From assembly GCA_022564695.1 (NCBI GenBank), contig JADFKX010000003.1, forward strand, positions 1 through 37,498: a stretch of 37,498 nucleotides of DNA, given 5' to 3'. The DNA comes from Chloroflexota bacterium. Lineage in GTDB: Bacteria; Chloroflexota; Dehalococcoidia; SM23-28-2; RBG-16-64-32. Every line of letters begins with the position of its first letter. Within the stretch, counting starts at the first letter, position 1. The notes beneath the pieces are model-generated. The model made no database searches, had not been told where the DNA came from, and saw only the letters and a program-made list of their open reading frames with translations. Position numbers and translations under genes: made by a program. This document shows, one piece after another, positions 28,351 to 36,951 of this stretch.

Positions 28351-29955
28351 ATGAGAGTGAGCAAGCTGTCCGGCTATAGAGAGCTGCTGTACGCAGCGCT
28401 GATCATCTTCAGCGCCGTGAGCCTCGCTTCCCTGGAGTTCATGAAGAATGCGTTTCCTATCGCAGATGCGTTGCTGGTAACCAAGACCACCGTGATCTAT
28501 ATGATCGTTCTGGTGCAGGTCTTGCCCGCTCTTGCGCTGTTGGGTGCTGACCGCCTCATCGCTGCGCGATACGGCGCCGGCCGGCGCCTTCGGGTGTTCC
28601 GCTCGGTGCTATTCGTCGTGGCCGTCGTACTGATACTGCGTCAGTTGCAGCTCTACTGGGGCCCGGCGAGCGACTTCGCGGATTCGGTGAGTTCATCGGG
28701 CTGGGTGCTGGTGGTGCTTGTCGACCTCACGATTCTTGCAGCCGTAGTCGGCTTCGCCGTCTGGATGTTCAGGGGCCTGGCCATGTTCTTCGCCTACATG
28801 TCCCCGGTGGCGATAGTCATGACGGTCCTCATTCCATCCCAGGTACCAACGGGCGAGAGCCTCCCGGAGACGTATGGTCAGGAGGTGGTGACAGCGTCAC
28901 GGTCAGAATCTCAGCCAGCCGTTTTTGTACTTGTATTCGACGAACTAGGATATGACGTGCTCCTTGACGATGGGAAGGTGGACGCGGAGAGCTTCCCTAA
29001 CATCGCCGCACTGGCAGAGGACGGGGTCTGGTTTACCAACGCTACCACCAATAACTATTGGTCTTTGTTCGTCCTGCCAACCATCATCGATCCAGTCAAA
29101 TCGCTGGCCGAGCGTTTTGACATCAGGCTCTATACGCAGTTCCGGTTTGTGGAGCAACGATACGTCAAGGCTTGTGGCGAGGTCATGACGTGTCGGGGCT
29201 ATGGCTACTTGACCGAGAACGACCAGCTGCGGGTGGCCGGTAACCTGGCTCTGCGGTCCTTCTACCAGGCGACCCCGAAGCCGGTGGAGTGGGCCATAAG
29301 CCGCCCAATGGGTTGGCTACTGGACCGCCTGGGCTGGGCGTATCCGTCCGTGGATAGCCAGGGCTTCCATACGCTTACCAAGAGACAGTTTGATGTGTTT
29401 CTAGATGACATCACGGGTCGAGACGCGTTGGGACGCATACATGTGTTGCACCTGTTATTACCCCATCACCCGTTCGCATTCAGCGGAGAGGGGAACGCCC
29501 TCAGCAACGGCTGTTCTTGCGCCGCTGGCCAGGACTTTCAGCCGGAGAAATACCGGCAACAGTCGATGTACGTGGACGTTCTGGTTGGCAGGCTTATGGA
29601 CAAGCTAAAGAGAGAAGGAATTTACGACGAGGCGGTCATTGTTCTCACGGGGGATCACGGACCGCGGCCCTACGTCCCCGGGCCACAGGCGCCCCTGGAA
29701 GACTCCATCGCGCGTGTCCCGTTGGTGATCCGCGCTCCCGGCTTAGGCAGCTCTGTGTCCGATGTGGACTACCAGCACATAGATTTCGGCCCAACGTTGA
29801 TGGATATCCTGGGGCTGCCGCCGATCAGCGATGCCGAGGGGGTCTCGGCCTTCAGCGAGGAGCGGCCGCAGCGGGATAAGGTATTTCGGGTGTTCAGTAG
29901 TACGTTCATCCGTAGCGAAGAGGACGATAGCTGGCAGCTTGTTCTGGATGAGTGA
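28351..29955 (+). CDS. membrane-anchored sulfatase/LtaS-like alkaline-phosphatase-superfamily enzyme
   Basis: about 5 N-terminal transmembrane helices; VFDEL, LLLPHHPF, TGDHG, RVPLVI, IDFGPT. Confidence 0.85.
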   Translation: MRVSKLSGYRELLYAALIIFSAVSLASLEFMKNAFPIADALLVTKTTVIYMIVLVQVLPALALLGADRLIAARYGAGRRLRVFRSVLFVVAVVLILRQLQLYWGPASDFADSVSSSGWVLVVLVDLTILAAVVGFAVWMFRGLAMFFAYMSPVAIVMTVLIPSQVPTGESLPETYGQEVVTASRSESQPAVFVLVFDELGYDVLLDDGKVDAESFPNIAALAEDGVWFTNATTNNYWSLFVLPTIIDPVKSLAERFDIRLYTQFRFVEQRYVKACGEVMTCRGYGYLTENDQLRVAGNLALRSFYQATPKPVEWAISRPMGWLLDRLGWAYPSVDSQGFHTLTKRQFDVFLDDITGRDALGRIHVLHLLLPHHPFAFSGEGNALSNGCSCAAGQDFQPEKYRQQSMYVDVLVGRLMDKLKREGIYDEAVIVLTGDHGPRPYVPGPQAPLEDSIARVPLVIRAPGLGSSVSDVDYQHIDFGPTLMDILGLPPISDAEGVSAFSEERPQRDKVFRVFSSTFIRSEEDDSWQLVLDE

Positions 29956-30260
29956 TGCCAGAACCTTGTAGCGGCGCTACCGGCTCATCCGGTAGACCTC
30001 ACCCTCCGTCTTGTTGGGAGGGAAAACGGTTGCACCACAATACGGTATACGATGAGGGTAGAGGCGTTCGCCCCGATTACCGATGTCACTAAACGCTGCT
30101 GGTCTGGTTGGTAGCTCTGCCTAGGAGGCTCCTGGATGGAGAGCACTGGCCGAGGGCTAGCCCCTATGGTTAGAACCGGTGCTTGTGCCGGGGAAACTGG
30201 CGCGGGCGCGGGTCTCGTATTACTATACGGAGGCATTACGTTTACGCTAGGAGGCGCTCC

Positions 30261-31415
30261 GTGAGAGAAGTGGTCATTGTAGAGGCGGTCCGTACCCCCA
30301 TGGGCCGCAAGAATGGGGTGCTGTCCGGCATTCACCCCAACAACCTGGGGGCGATGGTGCTGAACGAGGTTGTGAAGCGGGCCGGCATCGAGTCGTCGTT
30401 GGTGGAGGACGTTGTGTTCGGAAATGTGGACGAGGTGGGAGAGCAGGGGGCGAACGTGGCCCGTAACTGTCTCCTGACGGCGGACTTCCCGTACGAAGTA
30501 CCGGCTACCACGGTGGACCGCCAGTGCGGTTCCGGCCAGCAGGCGATCCACTTCGCCGCGAACCTGATCCAGGCGGAGACGTGCGACATCACTATCGGCG
30601 GCGGGGTGGAGTCGATGTCACGAGTGCCGCTTGGGATCAACATCACGCAGGGGCCGGGCTTCCCCTTCCAGCCGGAGCTGCTGAAGAAGTACCAGCTCAC
30701 CGCTCAGGGGATCTCCGCCGAGGAGATCGCCAAGAAGTGGGGCATCGAGCGGCCGGAGGCGGACGAGTTCGCGCTTGAGAGCTACGAGAACGCGAAGGGG
30801 GCCCGGGACGAAGGCCGTTTCGACCGCGAGATCCTGCCTGTGGACGTGCAGCTTGAGGGGCTGCCGGCCACGATCAAGACGGACGAGGGCATCCGCGACA
30901 CGTCGCTGGAGAAGCTGGCTTCGCTGCAGCCCTCGTTTCGCCCGGACGGTGTTCACCACGCCGGCAACTCCAGCCAGATCACGGACGGGGCAGCCGCGGT
31001 GCTGCTGATGGCTAGGGAGAAGGCGGAGGAGCTGGGCGTAAAGGCGCGGGCGCGCATCATCGGCCAGGCGGTGGTGGGCACCGACCCGGTGCTGATGCTC
31101 ACGGGTCCGATCACGGCGACGCCGAAGGTGCTGGCGAAGGCGGGGCTGAAGCTGAGCGATATCGACCTAATCGAGATCAACGAGGCGTTCGCCTCCGTGG
31201 TCCTGGCCTGGAAGCGCGAGGTGAAGCCCGATATGTCGAAGGTGAACGTGAATGGCGGCGCTATCGCCCTGGGGCACCCGCTGGGGGCCACAGGCGCCCG
31301 CCTTATGACCACGCTCCTGCACGAGCTGGAGCGCACGGGTGGCCGCTACGGGATGCAGTTGATGTGCTGCGGCGGCGGCCTGGGTACGGCCACCATCATC
31401 GAGCGGCTGGACTAG
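30261..31415 (+). CDS. thiolase (acetyl-CoA acyltransferase)
   Basis: VDRQCGSG, GGVESMS, EINEAFA, NGGAIALGHPLG, MCCGGG; GTG 30261 after AGGAGG. Confidence 0.96.
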   Translation: MREVVIVEAVRTPMGRKNGVLSGIHPNNLGAMVLNEVVKRAGIESSLVEDVVFGNVDEVGEQGANVARNCLLTADFPYEVPATTVDRQCGSGQQAIHFAANLIQAETCDITIGGGVESMSRVPLGINITQGPGFPFQPELLKKYQLTAQGISAEEIAKKWGIERPEADEFALESYENAKGARDEGRFDREILPVDVQLEGLPATIKTDEGIRDTSLEKLASLQPSFRPDGVHHAGNSSQITDGAAAVLLMAREKAEELGVKARARIIGQAVVGTDPVLMLTGPITATPKVLAKAGLKLSDIDLIEINEAFASVVLAWKREVKPDMSKVNVNGGAIALGHPLGATGARLMTTLLHELERTGGRYGMQLMCCGGGLGTATIIERLD

Positions 31416-31499
31416 GGGCGGCAGGCCCCATTTCGCTGCCGGTGGGGGGAGGTCAGGGTCTTGTTATCGGCGCCGTATGGGGGCGAAGCAGAGGAAGTG

Positions 31500-31949
31500 C
31501 TAGCGGCCCTGGCGCTCGATCTCCGCCACCTTCTCCAGGCGGCGGCGGTACCGTTCCTCTCCTGACAGGCGGGCGTCTACGTACGCTTGCACCAACTCCA
31601 GCGCCAGCTGTGAGTCGATGACGCCGGCGCCGAGGCAGAGGACGTTCATATCGTCGTGCTCCACGCCCTGGCGAGCGGAGTAGGTGTCGTGGCAGATGGC
31701 GGCGCGGACCCCGTGTATCTTGTTCGCCGCGATGCTGGCGCCCACGCCGCTACCGCAGACCAGGACGCCGCGCTCCGCGCGGCCGTCCTGGAGCGCCTGG
31801 CCGATGGCGCGGGCGTAGTCCGGATAGTCGACGGAGTCGGCGTTGTGGGTGCCCACGTCCAGGACTTCGTGGCCGGCCTGTTTGAGGTTGGCCGCGATCT
31901 GGTCCTTCATTTCGTAGCCGCGGTGGTCGGCGCCGACGACGATGCGCAT
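31500..31949 (-). CDS. rpiB: ribose-5-phosphate isomerase B
   Basis: GADHRG, DYPD, CGSGVG, AANK, EHDDMNVLCLG. Confidence 0.95.
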   Translation of the reverse strand: MRIVVGADHRGYEMKDQIAANLKQAGHEVLDVGTHNADSVDYPDYARAIGQALQDGRAERGVLVCGSGVGASIAANKIHGVRAAICHDTYSARQGVEHDDMNVLCLGAGVIDSQLALELVQAYVDARLSGEERYRRRLEKVAEIERQGR

Positions 31950-31969
31950 CTCAGTCCTCTTCTGTCATC

Positions 31970-32959
31970 CTACAGCCAGCGGTGTTGACGGTACCAGGCC
32001 GCCGTGAGCGAGGCCCCCTCTTTGAGGGTGACCCGGGGCGTCCAGCCCAGGTCGCGGCTGATCTCGTTGTGGGAGCAAACCCAGTGGCGCTGGCTCATCT
32101 CCTTGACCTTATCGCGAGTGAAGATGACGGCCTGCCGGCGTAGGCGGCCGTAGGTCTCGCTGAGGAAGGCGGCGGCGGTGAACGCCCAGGGAGGGGAGTT
32201 AATGCGCAGCGCTTTCCTGCCGTTGGCCTGCTCTACCGCGCCCAGCATCTGGCGCCAGGTGTAGACTGCGCCGTCGTCCAGGGTGTAGGTGGCGATGGGG
32301 GCCTCGTCAGAGGCGGTGGCAGCCAGGGCGACCGCGCGGGCCGCATCCTCGACGTAGACGCAGGAGATTGTGTTGGCGCCGTCGCCCAGGAGGGGCGCCA
32401 GCCGCCAGCGGGCAAGCCGGAAGAAGGTAAGGAGCTCGCGGTCGCGGGGGCCGTAGATGACGGGAGGACGGAAGATGACGGCCCCGACCCCGGCGGGTTT
32501 GCCGGCCCAGTCGCGCACCATCTCCTCGGCCTTGAGCTTGCTGCGTCCGTAGGCGGTAACCGGGGTGGCGGGGGCGTCGAGGGGGCGCGGCCGGCCGTCC
32601 TCGCTGGGGCCGTGAGCGGCGAGGCTTGATATGAAGACGAAACGGGGGGCGGCTTCGGCGGAAGCCAGGGCGGAGAGAAGGTTGGCGGTGCCCTCCGCGT
32701 TCACGGAGTTGAACTCGGCGGCGGAACGCGCCTTCACCAACCCAGCGGCGTGGACGACGGCGTCAACGCCCGCGACGGCGGCTGGGAGAGTGTCCGGCTG
32801 GGTGATGTCTCCCAACGCTTCCTCGATCTCTAAGCCGCGGAGGAACGAGCGGTCGCTCGTGCGTCGCGCCAGCACGCGGACGGTATGGCCTTCGCGGGCG
32901 AGCTGCTCGGCGATGTGGGAGCCGAGGAAGCCGGTGGCGCCGGTGACCAGGAATTTCAT
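31970..32959 (-). CDS. extended SDR NAD(P)-dependent reductase/epimerase; candidate ceramide or 3-ketosphinganine reductase
   Basis: TGATGFLG, SSLAA, YGRSK, RPPVIYGP; ATGA-coupled to the bCerS-like gene. Confidence 0.85.
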   Translation of the reverse strand: MKFLVTGATGFLGSHIAEQLAREGHTVRVLARRTSDRSFLRGLEIEEALGDITQPDTLPAAVAGVDAVVHAAGLVKARSAAEFNSVNAEGTANLLSALASAEAAPRFVFISSLAAHGPSEDGRPRPLDAPATPVTAYGRSKLKAEEMVRDWAGKPAGVGAVIFRPPVIYGPRDRELLTFFRLARWRLAPLLGDGANTISCVYVEDAARAVALAATASDEAPIATYTLDDGAVYTWRQMLGAVEQANGRKALRINSPPWAFTAAAFLSETYGRLRRQAVIFTRDKVKEMSQRHWVCSHNEISRDLGWTPRVTLKEGASLTAAWYRQHRWL

Positions 32960-34089
32960 GACGTAAGGGGTTTCTCGTAGAGGCGGTAGGTCTTGTCCAG
33001 GTGGCAGCCGACGTTGCGGATGATCGTGTTCACGGCGTTGTTGTCCTCCAGCGTCCAGGAGAACTCAGCCGAGTGGTAGCCGCCATCGCGGGCGGCACGG
33101 TAGACCTGGTCACAGAGGAGATAGGCCATGGCGAGGTATTTGCGGGTGCGGTATTCCTTCTTGACGCCCAGGATCATCAGGCGGCCGGTCTTGAGGCCGC
33201 GAACCTTCAGCCGCCACAGCAGCTTCGCCCAGCCGAAGGGGAAGAGGTGGCCGTTCAGGTCGCGGATTGCCTCGTTGATGTTGGGTACGGCGAGGATGAC
33301 GCCCGCGGTTTCTCCGTCCACCTCCACGATTGCAATCAGGCTGGTATCGACAATCGGGCGCAGATCTTCTGCGAGGTGGTGCGCCTCGGCGGGCGTCACG
33401 GGGACGAACCCCCAGTTCCCACTCCAGGTGGAGTTGAAGACTTCGAGTATAGTGGCGATCTCTTCATTGAAGCGTTTGATGTTGCCCTGGCGAATGTTGA
33501 CGTCCGGCCGCTGGCGGAGCTCCTCCACGGCGCGGCGCGCCTTTTGGGGTACGATGGCCGTATCGTAACGCCAGGAGTAGAGGTCCTTGGCTTTCTGGAA
33601 GCCCGCGCCCTCGATGAGTCGCCCGTAGTATGGCCGCGAGTAGGGCATCATGATCATGGGCGGCGTGTCGAAGCCATCAATCAGGAGCCCTACCTCCTGG
33701 TTGATGGAGAAGCTCAGGGGCCCGCGGATGGCCTCCATGCCATGCTGCCGGAGCCAGTCCTCAGCCGCTTCAAATAGCGCCTGAGCCGTCTCCGCCTCAT
33801 CCTCCGATTCGAAAAAGCCGAAGAAGCCGGTGCGCTCCTCGTGGTACCGGTTGTGCTCGTGGTCCACCTGGGCCGAGATGCGCCCGACTACCTGGCCGTT
33901 ACGGTGGGCGAGGAAGAGTTGGGCGTCGGCGTGTTGGAGGAAGGGGTTGGTCTTCGGTTTGAACCGTTTGCGCTCCAGATAGAGGAGCGGGGGCACCCAG
34001 TTGGGGTCTTCCCGGTAGAGGTGGAAGGGCAGCTTGATGAAGGCGTTCAGGTCACGGCGGCCGGAAACCGGCGACACAGTCACCGACAT
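32956..34089 (-). CDS. double-GNAT (YghO-like) acyltransferase; bacterial ceramide synthase-like
   Basis: FIKLPFHLY..DPNWVPPL, NPF, VGRISA, GFFGFFE, GLLIDGF..PP.IMMPY, NWGFVP, SWTLEDN, KTYRLY; ATG 34089 after GAGGAG. Confidence 0.85.
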   Translation of the reverse strand: MSVTVSPVSGRRDLNAFIKLPFHLYREDPNWVPPLLYLERKRFKPKTNPFLQHADAQLFLAHRNGQVVGRISAQVDHEHNRYHEERTGFFGFFESEDEAETAQALFEAAEDWLRQHGMEAIRGPLSFSINQEVGLLIDGFDTPPMIMMPYSRPYYGRLIEGAGFQKAKDLYSWRYDTAIVPQKARRAVEELRQRPDVNIRQGNIKRFNEEIATILEVFNSTWSGNWGFVPVTPAEAHHLAEDLRPIVDTSLIAIVEVDGETAGVILAVPNINEAIRDLNGHLFPFGWAKLLWRLKVRGLKTGRLMILGVKKEYRTRKYLAMAYLLCDQVYRAARDGGYHSAEFSWTLEDNNAVNTIIRNVGCHLDKTYRLYEKPLTS

Positions 34090-34102
34090 GATTGGGCTCC
34101 TC

Positions 34103-35395
34103 TTAGGGTAGGAGGCCGTGCTTGCGTCCCAGGGTCTGAAACTGTTCAAGGACGAACTCTATCTGTTCGTCCTTGTGGGTGGCCATGCAGCTGGTGCGGA
34201 GCAGGGCCTTACCCATGGCCACGGCGGGGAAGATAACGGGGTTGGTGTACACACCGCAGTCGATGAGGTCTCGCCAGAATGTGACGGTGGCGAGCTCGTC
34301 GCCGATACTGATGGGGATGATCGACGTCTGGGATTCGCCGGTGTCGAACCCCATATCGTTCAGTCCGCTGCGAAGCGTTTCCCCGAGGCGCTGTACGGTC
34401 TCCACCAGCTCCGGCTCGTCAATGAGCACCTCCAGGGAGGCGAGGGCGGCGGCGGCCGAGGCGGGGGGCAGGCTGGCGGAGAAGATCATGGAGCGGCCGA
34501 AGTGCTTGATCCAATCCAGCACGGCGCGGCTGCCGGCGACGAAGCCGCCAACGGAGGCGAAGGACTTGGAGAAGGTGCCGACCGTCAGATCAATCTTCCC
34601 ATCTATGCCGAAGTGGCTGGCGGTTCCGCGGCCACCGGTGCCGATAACGCCGATGGCGTGGGCGTCGTCTACCAGGAGGCGAACCTGATGGCGCTGGCAC
34701 ACCTCGACGATCGCGGGCAGGTCGGCGATGTCGCCGCCCATGCTGAACACGCCGTCGATGATTACGAGGCAGGTTTTTTTCTTATCCAGGCGGCGGAGGA
34801 TCGTGTCCAGATGCCTGGCGTCGTTGTGGCGGAAGCGCAGCATCTCACCTTCCGCGAGGCGGCAGGCGTCGTAGATGCTGGCGTGATCCGCTTTGTCGAC
34901 GACAGCCACGGAGCGGCTGTCAACCAGGGATGAGATGACGCCGAGGTTTGTCTGGTAGCCGGTGGCGAACACCACGGCCGCCTCCGTGCCCAGGAACTTG
35001 GCGATCCTGTTCTCAAGCTTCTCGTGCAGGTGAGTGGTGCCGTTGAGAAGACGGGAGCCGGTTAAGGAGGTGCCGTGCTCGCTGATGGCGTCCTGGGAGG
35101 CCTGAACGACGCGGGGATGCCTTGTAAGCCCCAGATAGTTATTGGAGCCCAGCATAATCACTTCGCGGCCGTAGATCATTGCTACGGCGCCGTCGTTGCG
35201 GTCCAGGGGCTGGAAGAAGGGGTAGAGTCGAGCGGCGCGGGCCTGCTCTGGGAGCTTGAAGCTGTGGACCTTGGCGAAGATGTCGCGCCCGTCCCCGTCG
35301 TCGTAGCGACCGGGCAGCATGCCTTCAATGGTGAGACCGGCGAAGGCGAGGGCTGCGGTCTGCGGATCGGGTTTCGGCTCAGCCTGTTTGGCCAT
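34103..35395 (-). CDS. spt: serine palmitoyltransferase-like alpha-oxoamine synthase
   Basis: MLGSNNYLGL, GSRLLNGT, TGYQTNLG, DHASI, DGVFSM, DDAH, GTFSKS (PLP Lys). Confidence 0.8.
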   Translation of the reverse strand: MAKQAEPKPDPQTAALAFAGLTIEGMLPGRYDDGDGRDIFAKVHSFKLPEQARAARLYPFFQPLDRNDGAVAMIYGREVIMLGSNNYLGLTRHPRVVQASQDAISEHGTSLTGSRLLNGTTHLHEKLENRIAKFLGTEAAVVFATGYQTNLGVISSLVDSRSVAVVDKADHASIYDACRLAEGEMLRFRHNDARHLDTILRRLDKKKTCLVIIDGVFSMGGDIADLPAIVEVCQRHQVRLLVDDAHAIGVIGTGGRGTASHFGIDGKIDLTVGTFSKSFASVGGFVAGSRAVLDWIKHFGRSMIFSASLPPASAAAALASLEVLIDEPELVETVQRLGETLRSGLNDMGFDTGESQTSIIPISIGDELATVTFWRDLIDCGVYTNPVIFPAVAMGKALLRTSCMATHKDEQIEFVLEQFQTLGRKHGLLP

Positions 35396-35406
35396 AAGTC
35401 GTCTCT

Positions 35407-35454
35407 AGTTTGGTTACCTACGGCCTAATTGTCAACCCGCCAATACGATTGGCG
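35407..35454 (-). promoter_or_regulatory. putative spt promoter plus upstream inverted repeat
   Basis: minus strand TTGACA(35435-35430)-17 nt-CAAACT(35412-35407); CGCCAAT-acg-ATTGGCG at 35438-35454. Confidence 0.45.
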
Positions 35455-35584
35455 ATTATGAGTCAAGTGTCTAATCGGGTACGTTCGTTGAATATACAGC
35501 GGATGCCCGTTGACGGAGCCGCGGTCAGCGCGTTCGTTTGGGACGTGGCTGAGCCACTCGTCGGCTGTTCGTGACTGGAGTTGG

Positions 35585-36463
35585 CTAGTCCGCGATAGGC
35601 GGGTCAGCCTCGCGTTCCGCCAGCCGCGCCTGTGCCGCAGCCGGCGTGGGTGCGACAGACGGAGAGGCTGGACGCATGGCGATGAAGTACCAGGAGGCCA
35701 ATACTAGGTATGTGGGGTAGGCGATGACCTCCAGCAGCGATGGGTTGCCGTTGTATCCAAGCAGTGCTTTCAACCAGAGGCCGACGCCACTGCCATCGTT
35801 AACGATGTTGTTGATGTCCCAGACGTGCTCGATGGAGATAGGCAGTAGGGCGGCCTCCTGAAGCTCGTGAATGCCGTGTATCAGTAGCCCTGCCGCGAAG
35901 AAGATGAGAAGGGTGCCGGTCACGTTGAAGAACACCCGCAGGTTCAGGCGATAGCCGCCGCTGTAGATTCCCCACGACAGGCCAACGGCGACGACTATCC
36001 CTGCCGTTGCGCCGATGGTGGATTCCAGCGGTGTTGATGTCCGTGTCGCGGCGAACAAGAAGACGGCCGTTTCCAGACCTTCTCTCAGGATGGCGCTGAA
36101 CGGTATCAGGGCCAGCGCAAACACCGACCCCATCCCGATCGCCTGCGCCATCTCGTGTTCCAGGCTCTTCTTGATCCCGGCCGACTGCCGCTTCATCCAG
36201 ACGATCATCCAGCTCAGGACGCCGACCGCCGCCAGCATAGCAAGCCCTTCGAACGCCTCCGCCCCCCTGCCCTCGAACTCGCCGGCGATGGCAAAGATCG
36301 CTGCTCCTACGACGAGGCTGATGGCCACGGCGGCCAGGGCCGCCAGGAGCACCGTCCGGAAGTGACGCCTCTGGTTGGTGGACTTGAGGTAGGCCAGGAT
36401 GATAGCGACGATGAGCCCGGCCTCTAGGCCTTCTCGCAAGGTTATGAGGAAGCTGCCACCCAT
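35585..36463 (-). CDS. FTR1/EfeU family iron permease
   Basis: two REGLE motifs, about 7 transmembrane helices, WMIVWM, GIHELQEA. Confidence 0.93.
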   Translation of the reverse strand: MGGSFLITLREGLEAGLIVAIILAYLKSTNQRRHFRTVLLAALAAVAISLVVGAAIFAIAGEFEGRGAEAFEGLAMLAAVGVLSWMIVWMKRQSAGIKKSLEHEMAQAIGMGSVFALALIPFSAILREGLETAVFLFAATRTSTPLESTIGATAGIVVAVGLSWGIYSGGYRLNLRVFFNVTGTLLIFFAAGLLIHGIHELQEAALLPISIEHVWDINNIVNDGSGVGLWLKALLGYNGNPSLLEVIAYPTYLVLASWYFIAMRPASPSVAPTPAAAQARLAEREADPPIAD

Positions 36464-36473
36464 TGGAGACTGC

Positions 36474-36530
36474 CTACCGAAAACGGGTGGGGATGGAACG
36501 GGCGGTATTGGAGAGGGAGCGGTTCGGCAT
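36474..36530 (-). other. upstream mini-ORF (18 aa, MPNRSLSNTARSIPTRFR)
   Basis: strong SD GGAGGTGA 5 nt before the ATG; stops 10 nt before the FTR1 ATG. Confidence 0.5.
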
Positions 36531-36547
36531 GCTGGTCACCTCCAGGT

Positions 36548-36594
36548 TAATGTCCGTCTTAACTTAGCGCTTGCTTAATATTAGCGCGTACTTA
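36548..36594. promoter_or_regulatory. tandem DtxR/MntR-like operators
   Basis: TTAGCGCTTGCTTA (36564-36577), TTAGCGCGTACTTA (36581-36594), weaker TAATGTCCGTCTTA (36548-36561). Confidence 0.55.
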
Positions 36595-36623
36595 CCTTAG
36601 ACCTGTGCACGTGCATAAGTCAA
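36594..36623 (-). promoter_or_regulatory. sigma70-type promoter of FTR1
   Basis: minus strand TTGACT-18 nt-TAAGGT; spacer contains the palindrome TGCACGTGCA. Confidence 0.55.
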
Positions 36624-36629
36624 GAGCTT

Positions 36630-36647
36630 TTGGGAAATATTTCGCAA
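36630..36647. promoter_or_regulatory. Rex-like operator
   Basis: TTGGGAAATATTTCGCAA, 2 differences from TTGTGAAATATTTCACAA. Confidence 0.55.
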
Positions 36648-36731
36648 ATTGGACGATACGACTGCGCGCAGTGTGGCGCCGCTAAGGGGCAGCCACAGTC
36701 GCTGAAGCCCCAGGATGGCGATGGAGCGCGT

Positions 36732-36935
36732 CTACATCTCGACGGCGGGCTTGCCGGCGCCTATGTACTTGGGTGGGTCCTCGTCGAACATATGCTTGCA
36801 GCCGGGGGCGCAGAAGTAGTAGGTCTCGCCCTCGTGCTCGCTGGTGGCGCGGGCGGTCTCCTTTTCCACCGTCATGTGGCAGACGGGGTCGATGGCGGTG
36901 GCGGGCTTCTTGCGGAAGATGTCCAGGATACCCAT
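36732..36935 (-). CDS. YHS domain protein
   Basis: IDPVCHMTV...YYFCAPGCK..F..DP..Y; ATG 36935 after AAGGAG. Confidence 0.92.
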   Translation of the reverse strand: MGILDIFRKKPATAIDPVCHMTVEKETARATSEHEGETYYFCAPGCKHMFDEDPPKYIGAGKPAVEM

Positions 36936-36951
36936 GCTGATCTCCTTCACG

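Noticed and set aside
34103-35395. BioF or Kbl annotation
   Set aside because: The GSRLLNGT motif and bCerS/SDR neighbours favour Spt, and no bio or tdh genes are nearby; not formally excluded without phylogeny
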